The notes under the pieces were generated by a model. That model worked only from the letters and a program-made list of their open reading frames with translations, was not told the DNA's origin and ran no database searches. Shown one piece after another: positions 58,133-64,000 of a stretch of 64,000 nt of DNA. Origin of the DNA: Marmoricola sp. (GTDB taxonomy: Bacteria; Actinomycetota; Actinomycetes; Propionibacteriales; Nocardioidaceae); NCBI GenBank assembly GCA_046598425.1, contig JBKJIN010000032.1, forward strand, positions 5,178 through 69,177. The letters are read 5' to 3'. The translations under genes and the position numbers were made by a program. How positions within the stretch are numbered: position 1 is the stretch's first letter; every line of letters begins with the position of its first letter.

Positions 58133-59893
58133 ATGAGACGACGTACGTCGATCCTCGCCGTCGTGGCCACCGTCGCCGCAACGGCCGTCGGGCTCAGCCC
58201 GGCCCACGCGGCGCTGGACACCCCGATCGTCTCGAACCTGGACTCGAGCACCGCCGGTCACGTCGCCGGCACGGTCACCAGCATCGCGCCCTTCGTGCGG
58301 GTGCGCCTGAACCCCTACGTCGGGGCGACCATGGTCACGATGACCGAGGGCAGCGGCACCTTCGACCTGGAGACCTGGGGGTACGCGGGCACCCGCAGCG
58401 TCTACGTGTCCTCCTGCGAGGTGGCCGAGCCGACCCAGGCCGAGGACTGCTCGACGGAGGTCGCCTCGACGGCCACGTTCGTGCCGACGGACGTCTTGCC
58501 CGAGGTGACCTGGCCCAGCGACACCACCCTGGGACCGGAGGACTCCCCGACGATCACCGTCTCCGACCCCCTCGGCGGCGGGGACCTCCGTGCGCGCTGG
58601 GTGAGCGGCGACGACTTCCTCGACACCGCTCTGGTCCGGGACGTCGAGACCCCGCTGGACATCCCCACCGGGACCGGCGTGATCCGGGTGGTCCGCTGCA
58701 GCACCGGGAGCGCCACGATCTGCACCCCGTTCGACCCGGACCTGAGCATCCCCGTCGAGTTACGCACGGGAGTCACCGGCACGCTCGGGCAGATCGACGC
58801 CCTGACGACCCCGAACCCGGCGTCCTCGGCCGCCGTCGACACCGACGTGACCGGAAGTTACGATCTCATCTGGACGCTCGAGCAGGAGGGTGCCCCCGTG
58901 GCCGGCGTCGGCGGTACCGGCAGCGGCGTCCTGACCGACGAAGGTGCGACGGACCCGTTCCTGATCGAGGGGGCTGCGCTCCCCGAAGGCCAGTACGACG
59001 TGGTGGTCTCGCTGACCCTCACCGGGACCGAGTACGGCGACCTCCCCGGCGGCGCCAGCGGTACGGTCAGAGTGGACCGCACCGGCCCCGCGGTGACCCT
59101 AACCCCCTCGGTCGGCACCATCTACCCGCTGATCGCGACCAAGGCGTACCCGACGCTGACCCGGATCGATGTGGGCGGCGACCCTAACCCGGACACCGGG
59201 TTCGTCGTCCGGACCGCCGGCAGCGGGGTCGTAGTGCGCGACCTCCTGCTGAACCTGAACAAGACCGTGTGGAACGGTCGCAACAACGCCGGCAAGGTCG
59301 TCGCTTCCGGGCCGTACCGGGTCTACGCGGTCGATGCCGACGGCAACTTGGGCGCGAGCTTCGCCGCGGTCACCGTGTCACGCCAGACGCTGGTGCTGAA
59401 GAAGTTCGTCACGCGGGTCTCCGCGAGCGGCAGCATATACGGGCCCCGGAAGATCGGCGTGTGCTCGCAACTGAAGATCCCCTCCTCCCGTGGGGTTCTC
59501 GGCTCGCTCGGCTTCTATGCCAACACCAAGTGCCGCACCCAGGGCTTCGAGGCCAGTGCCGTGTCGACCTCGCACTTCATCAAGGTGCCCGTAGCCCAGC
59601 GTTACGTGGACATGCGCATCGACGTGACCGGGGGCGCAGCGGTGGGCTACGGCGGCAGCAAGGGCATCCTGCGCTACCTGAAGGACCCTGGGACCTCGGC
59701 CGCTCACTGGGTAAACGAGACGGCCATGTCCTCGGCCTACGGCATCCACCGGGGACCGACCCAGAGCCTGACCTCGATGCTGGACACGGAAAGGTTCTTG
59801 GTCTGGGGCTTCCTGACCTTCAACGGGAGCCGGTACGACGTCATCCGCTTCACCGTCGTCGTCCGGTACTACGTGCTGAGCGCCGGCACGTGA
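58133..59893 (+). CDS. large secreted protein with FlgD-like Ig domain
   Basis: Signal peptide (AHA), VWNGRNNAGKVVASGPY FlgD motif, Thr/Pro-rich beta repeats. Confidence 0.75.
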   Translation: MRRRTSILAVVATVAATAVGLSPAHAALDTPIVSNLDSSTAGHVAGTVTSIAPFVRVRLNPYVGATMVTMTEGSGTFDLETWGYAGTRSVYVSSCEVAEPTQAEDCSTEVASTATFVPTDVLPEVTWPSDTTLGPEDSPTITVSDPLGGGDLRARWVSGDDFLDTALVRDVETPLDIPTGTGVIRVVRCSTGSATICTPFDPDLSIPVELRTGVTGTLGQIDALTTPNPASSAAVDTDVTGSYDLIWTLEQEGAPVAGVGGTGSGVLTDEGATDPFLIEGAALPEGQYDVVVSLTLTGTEYGDLPGGASGTVRVDRTGPAVTLTPSVGTIYPLIATKAYPTLTRIDVGGDPNPDTGFVVRTAGSGVVVRDLLLNLNKTVWNGRNNAGKVVASGPYRVYAVDADGNLGASFAAVTVSRQTLVLKKFVTRVSASGSIYGPRKIGVCSQLKIPSSRGVLGSLGFYANTKCRTQGFEASAVSTSHFIKVPVAQRYVDMRIDVTGGAAVGYGGSKGILRYLKDPGTSAAHWVNETAMSSAYGIHRGPTQSLTSMLDTERFLVWGFLTFNGSRYDVIRFTVVVRYYVLSAGT

Positions 59894-59920
59894 GCCGGCA
59901 CCTGTGGAGTACCGGGAGAT

Positions 59921-59969
59921 AGCCCGCGCCGAGACCCCTCGCGGCGAGGTGGAGCTCGGCGTACGGGCT
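59921..59969. terminator. long GC hairpin, possible terminator
   Basis: AGCCCG-CGCCGAG…CTCGGCG-TA-CGGGCT. Confidence 0.4.
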
Positions 59970-60011
59970 GGGCACTACTGGCTCTACTCGGCCCGGAAGT
60001 AGCCTGGGCCC

Positions 60012-61403
60012 ATGGGCGCCGACGAGGGCATGCGGACCGAGCACGACTCGATGGGCGAGGTGCAGGTACCCGCCTCCGCGCTCTGGGGCGCGCAGACGCA
60101 ACGGGCAATCGAGAACTTCCCCATCTCCGGTACGACGCTGGAGCCCCGCCACATCCAGGCACTCGCCCTGGTCAAGCTCGCGGCGGCCCGAGTGAACGGC
60201 CACCTGGGGGTCCTTACCGAGGACCAGGCGGCCGCGATCTCGGCCGCGGCCGGGCTCGTCGCGCAGGGCCTGGAGGACGACAACTTCCCGCTCGACGTCT
60301 TCCAGACCGGCTCCGGCACCAGCTCGAACATGAACATGAACGAGGTGATCGCGAACCTCTCCGGGCAAGGCGGGTTCCCGGTCCACCCGAACGATCACGT
60401 GAACGCGAGCCAGTCGAGCAACGACACCTTCCCGACCTCGATCCACGTCGCGGCGACCCTCGCCGTGGTCGAGGACCTGGAGCCGGCACTGGCAGTCCTG
60501 GCCACCTCGTTGGAGGCGAAGGCGACCGAGTTCGCCGACCTGGTGAAGTCCGGCCGGACCCACCTGATGGACGCGACCCCGGTGATGCTCGGCCAGGAGT
60601 TCGGCGGGTACGCCGCCACCGTCCGGCTGGCGACCGAGCGGCTGGAGGCGGTCCTCCCCCGGGTCCGCGAGCTGCCACTCGGCGGAACTGCCGTCGGCAC
60701 CGGCATCAACACCCCACCGGGCTTCGCGGCCCAGGTGATCGCGGAGCTCGCGACCCTGACCGACCAGCCGTTCACCGAGGCTCGCAACCACTTCGAGGCC
60801 CAGGGCACCCGGGACTCGCTGGTCGAGCTCAGCGGCGTGCTGCGGACGATCGCGGTCGGGCTCACCAAGATCTGCAACGACCTGCGCTGGATGTCGTCGG
60901 GCCCGACCACCGGACTGGCCGAGATCCACCTGCCGGACCTCCAGCCCGGGTCGAGCATCATGCCGGGCAAGGTCAACCCGGTGCTGCCGGAGGCGACCCT
61001 GATGGTCTGCGCCCAGGTGATCGGCAACGACACCGCGATCGCCACCGCCGGGTCGGCCGGCAACTTCGAGCTCAACGTGATGATGCCGGTGATCGCCCGC
61101 AACCTGCTGGAGTCAGTCCGGATCCTCGCCACCTCGACACGGCTGCTCGCAGCCCGCTGCGTCGATGGCATCACCGCGGACGCCGAGCGGATGCGCCGGT
61201 ACGCCGAGTCCTCGCCGTCGGTGGTGACACCGCTGAACAGGTTCCTGGGTTACGAAGAGGCCGCGACAGTGGCTAAGGAGTCGCTCAAGAACGGCCGGAC
61301 GATCCGCGAACAGGTACTCGCGATGGGGTACGTCGACCGAGGCGTCCTCACCCTGGAGCAGCTCGACGCCGCCCTCGACGTCGAGGGCATGACCCGTCCC
61401 TGA
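60012..61403 (+). CDS. fumC: class II fumarate hydratase
   Basis: [38 protein letters not shown]. Confidence 0.96.
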   Translation: MGADEGMRTEHDSMGEVQVPASALWGAQTQRAIENFPISGTTLEPRHIQALALVKLAAARVNGHLGVLTEDQAAAISAAAGLVAQGLEDDNFPLDVFQTGSGTSSNMNMNEVIANLSGQGGFPVHPNDHVNASQSSNDTFPTSIHVAATLAVVEDLEPALAVLATSLEAKATEFADLVKSGRTHLMDATPVMLGQEFGGYAATVRLATERLEAVLPRVRELPLGGTAVGTGINTPPGFAAQVIAELATLTDQPFTEARNHFEAQGTRDSLVELSGVLRTIAVGLTKICNDLRWMSSGPTTGLAEIHLPDLQPGSSIMPGKVNPVLPEATLMVCAQVIGNDTAIATAGSAGNFELNVMMPVIARNLLESVRILATSTRLLAARCVDGITADAERMRRYAESSPSVVTPLNRFLGYEEAATVAKESLKNGRTIREQVLAMGYVDRGVLTLEQLDAALDVEGMTRP

Positions 61404-61424
61404 CGCAGGGCGCGCCGACGGCGG

Positions 61425-62054
61425 TCAGTACCAGCCGCTGGCGCTCTTGAAGGACCAGGCAGCGCAGGCGCTCCCGTACCGGCTCTCGATGTAGCCCAGC
61501 CCCCAACGGATCTGGGTCTCGGCGTTGTTCTGCCAGTCCGACCCGGCGCTCGCCATCTTGGAACCCGGCAGCGCCTGCGGGATCCCGTACGCCGAGGAGG
61601 ACGGGTTGTTGGCGTGGACGTTCCAGCCGGACTCGGCCGACCAGAGGCGGTCGAGGCATGCGAAGTCCGCCGCGGACATCCCGTACTCGGCCATCAACGA
61701 CCTCGCCAGCGACCGCGGATCGCTGTCGACGACGGTCTCGGTGCGGGTGACAGCAACGCCGTTCTCGCCGCTCAGTTCAGCGACCTTCAGGGTGTCGGTC
61801 GCCGTATGCCGGTCCCCGGTCGAGCGGGAGACTGCTGCCTCGCGGTCGGCCAGGTCGGCCGCGCTCAGCCGGGTGGCGGCGCTGAGGGTGACCTGGTTGC
61901 CTTCCGGCGCGTCGGCGGACGCGGAGATCCCGGCGGAGACGGCCAGCCCGGTCGCGAACATGGCTGCACCGGAGTACAGGACGGCGGTCCGGGCACCCGC
62001 GCGCAAGCGCTTCGGGGGTGCGTTCCGATGCTTCGGAACGTACATGTCAGGCAA
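61425..62054 (-). CDS. lytic transglycosylase (SLT) domain secreted protein
   Basis: CLDRLWSAESGWN…NPSSSAYGIPQALPG…RYGSAC…WY. Confidence 0.88.
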   Translation of the reverse strand: MPDMYVPKHRNAPPKRLRAGARTAVLYSGAAMFATGLAVSAGISASADAPEGNQVTLSAATRLSAADLADREAAVSRSTGDRHTATDTLKVAELSGENGVAVTRTETVVDSDPRSLARSLMAEYGMSAADFACLDRLWSAESGWNVHANNPSSSAYGIPQALPGSKMASAGSDWQNNAETQIRWGLGYIESRYGSACAAWSFKSASGWY

Positions 62055-62216
62055 GGACTGGACTCTCGGATCGACGACAGGGGGCGTCTTGGCAGGTCAG
62101 ATCGTGCTGGTGGGGGGAAGGTGACCACCATCACCCGAACGGCCTCGCGGAATCAATTCGGCACGCCGCATCGCGAGACAACGTCGACCCCTGGGGTTGT
62201 TGTGACTCCTGAGGCG

Positions 62217-62260
62217 GGTTTCGACAGGCTCAACCACCGGTGGTTGAGCCTGTCGAGACC
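62217..62260. repeat. 44-bp REP-type palindrome
   Basis: GGTTTCGACAGGCTCAACCACC / GGTGGTTGAGCCTGTCGAGACC (1 mismatch), directly after the phoH stop. Confidence 0.85.
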
Positions 62261-63634
62261 TCACATCGAGATGTGCTCGAGCATTTCCGTGACCAGCGCC
62301 GCGATCGGCGAGCGCTCCGAACGGGTCAGGGTCACGTGCGCGAACAGCGGGTGCCCCTTGAGCTTGTCGACCACGGCGACGACACCGTCGTGACGGCCGA
62401 CCCGGAGGTTGTCGCGCTGCGCGACGTCGTGGGTCAGCACCACCTTGGAGTTCGCGCCCATCCGCGAGAGCACCGTCAGCAGGACGTTGCGCTCCAGTGA
62501 CTGCGCCTCGTCGACGATCACGAACGCGTCGTGCAGCGAGCGGCCCCGGATGTGCGTCAGCGGCATCACCTCGAGCATGCCGCGGTCGAGGATCTCGTCG
62601 ATCACCTCGGGCGTGGTGATGGCACCCAGGGTGTCGAAGACGGCCTGACCCCAGGGCGACATCTTCTCGGACTCGCTGCCCGGCAGGTAGCCGAGCTCCT
62701 GGCCGCCGACGGCGAACAGCGGACGGAAGACGACGACCTTCTTGTGCTGCCGCCGCTCCATCACGGTCTCGAGCCCCGCGCAGAGCGCGAGCGCGGACTT
62801 CCCCGTCCCCGCTCGCCCCCCGAGAGAGACGATGCCGATCTCGGGGTCGAGCAGCAGGTCCAACGCGATCCGCTGCTCGGCGGAGCGCCCGTGCAGCCCG
62901 AACGCCTCGCGATCGCCCCGAATCAGGTGCACCCGCTTGTCGGCGCCCACCCGGCCTAGCGCGCTGCCGCGGTCCGACATCAGTACGAGCCCGGTGTGGC
63001 AGGGCATCTCGCGCGCGTCGTCGAGGTCGATCACCGCGTCGTCGTACAGCTCGTCGAGGTCGGCGGCGGTGACGTCGACCTCGGCCATCCCGGTCCAACC
63101 GGCGTCTGACTCGTGGATCTGCTCGCCGAGGTACTCCTCGGCGTCCAGGCCGACGGCCGAGGCCTTGATCCGCAGCGGCAGGTCCTTGGAGACCAGGGTG
63201 ACCCGGTAACCCTCGTGCGCCAGGTTGTTGGCGACCGCGAGGATCCGGGTGTCGTTGTCGCCCAGCCGGAATCCGGAGGGCAGCGACTCGGCGTCGGTGT
63301 GGTTCAGCTCAACCCGGATCGTGCCGCCGTGCTCCCCGATCGGGATCGGCTGGTCCAACCGACCCGCCTGGACCCGCAGCTCGTCGAGCGTTCGGAGCGC
63401 GGAGCGCGCGAAGTAGCCGAGCTCGGGGTGGTGGCGCTTGCCTTCCAGCTCGGTGATGACCACGACCGGGAGCACGACCTCGTGCTCGTCGAAGCGTTTG
63501 AGCGCCCCGGGGTCGGCCAACAGGACGGAGGTGTCCAGCACGTACGTCCGACGCTCGCCGGCGGCTGCCGGTGACGTGGTCGCGGTGGTGGCGGTGGGGG
63601 TCTTGCTGCTGCTCGCGCGCTTCGCAGTGGCCAC
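62261..63634 (-). CDS. phoH: PhoH2 (PIN-PhoH RNA helicase/ribonuclease)
   Basis: [21 protein letters not shown]; [23 protein letters not shown]. Confidence 0.95.
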   Translation of the reverse strand: MATAKRASSSKTPTATTATTSPAAAGERRTYVLDTSVLLADPGALKRFDEHEVVLPVVVITELEGKRHHPELGYFARSALRTLDELRVQAGRLDQPIPIGEHGGTIRVELNHTDAESLPSGFRLGDNDTRILAVANNLAHEGYRVTLVSKDLPLRIKASAVGLDAEEYLGEQIHESDAGWTGMAEVDVTAADLDELYDDAVIDLDDAREMPCHTGLVLMSDRGSALGRVGADKRVHLIRGDREAFGLHGRSAEQRIALDLLLDPEIGIVSLGGRAGTGKSALALCAGLETVMERRQHKKVVVFRPLFAVGGQELGYLPGSESEKMSPWGQAVFDTLGAITTPEVIDEILDRGMLEVMPLTHIRGRSLHDAFVIVDEAQSLERNVLLTVLSRMGANSKVVLTHDVAQRDNLRVGRHDGVVAVVDKLKGHPLFAHVTLTRSERSPIAALVTEMLEHISM

Positions 63635-63682
63635 GGGTGGGTTCCCCTCACGGACCGGCACGCGCACTCAGCGCCCCGGTCC

Positions 63683-63751
63683 TCAGCAGTGGTGCTCGGA
63701 CCAGGGCAGGCAGGGGTCAGAGTGCCGACCCCCTGGATCGTGATCTCTCAC
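63683..63751 (-). CDS. putative uORF/leader peptide MRDHDPGGRHSDPCLPWSEHHC
   Basis: AGGAGG 7 nt before GTG, inside the inferred phoH2 leader. Confidence 0.4.
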   Translation of the reverse strand: MRDHDPGGRHSDPCLPWSEHHC

Positions 63752-63880
63752 GAACTCGCCTCCTGGTGAGGACCGCAATGGTTGCGACCCACTGCCAAAA
63801 AAGGTACGTCCGACAAATCACGCATCTGCGGCGACACGCCAGAGCGCGGGGTACGGGAGTGTGAACGCTCTCAGGAGCCA

Positions 63881-63912
63881 CCCTTCGAGGCTCGCTCCGC
63901 TCGGACCTCAGG
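63881..63912. repeat. REP-like element
   Basis: CCCTTCGAGGCTCGCTCCGCTCGGACCTCAGG shares CCCTTCGA…CTCAGG ends with the reverse complement of the 48590-48607 remnant. Confidence 0.45.
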
Positions 63913-64000
63913 AACCGTAGCGGCGGTCGCGGAGGGCGAACGCCCGGATGGCGCGGAGGAAGTCGACGCGCCGGAAGTCGGGCCAGTAGGCCTCGCAGAA
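63908..64000 (-). CDS. uppS: cis-isoprenyl transferase, 3' end (partial)
   Basis: [30 protein letters not shown]; synteny with phoH2 (Rv1086-like). Confidence 0.88.
   Translation of the reverse strand, partial: FCEAYWPDFRRVDFLRAIRAFALRDRRYGS

Noticed and set aside
62055-62215. c-di-AMP (ydaO) riboswitch upstream of the lytic transglycosylase
   Set aside because: The conserved GCTGAATCC / GGAACCGGGG / CCCGAACCCGTCAGCTAAC elements are not visible

Overview
High-GC (~70%) actinobacterial chromosome segment, Nocardioidaceae-like by gene content and REP-type repeats. It covers the conserved interval dapC-fdxA-mshB ... ychF-rmuC-ispH-xseAB-glpX-fumarases-phoH2-isoprenyl transferase. Between mshB and ychF lies ~30 kb of accessory genes: modABC; a TetR-rich lipid/steroid-type oxidoreductase cluster (two OYE/flavin reductases, an amine-dehydrogenase-like protein, an F420 LLM, a CYP125-like P450, a GMC oxidase); a sulfotransferase-ADH-alkylsulfatase-SDR operon; and an Lrp-linked DUF6421-SDR-threonine aldolase operon. 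There is also a lower-GC block directly downstream of ychF. The most notable signals are: (1) the ychF 3' end recurs several times downstream of the gene and delimits small integrase-free cassettes (methyltransferase; Doc toxin-antitoxin; possibly a B12/CarH-like regulator plus a sigma fragment), and ychF ends in FSS while the usual FNV-stop is displaced 1.86 kb; (2) the DUF6421 protein looks like a GIFT-domain-fused, M49-peptidase-like metallohydrolase; (3) an HTH-fused, degenerate histidine kinase is paired with a small DUF1059 metal-binding gene; (4) a His/Cys-rich uORF lies in the phoH2 leader; (5) dapC probably starts at a CTG codon. No tRNA, rRNA, CRISPR array, integrase or transposase was seen. 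All family assignments come from motif recognition by eye, not database searches.
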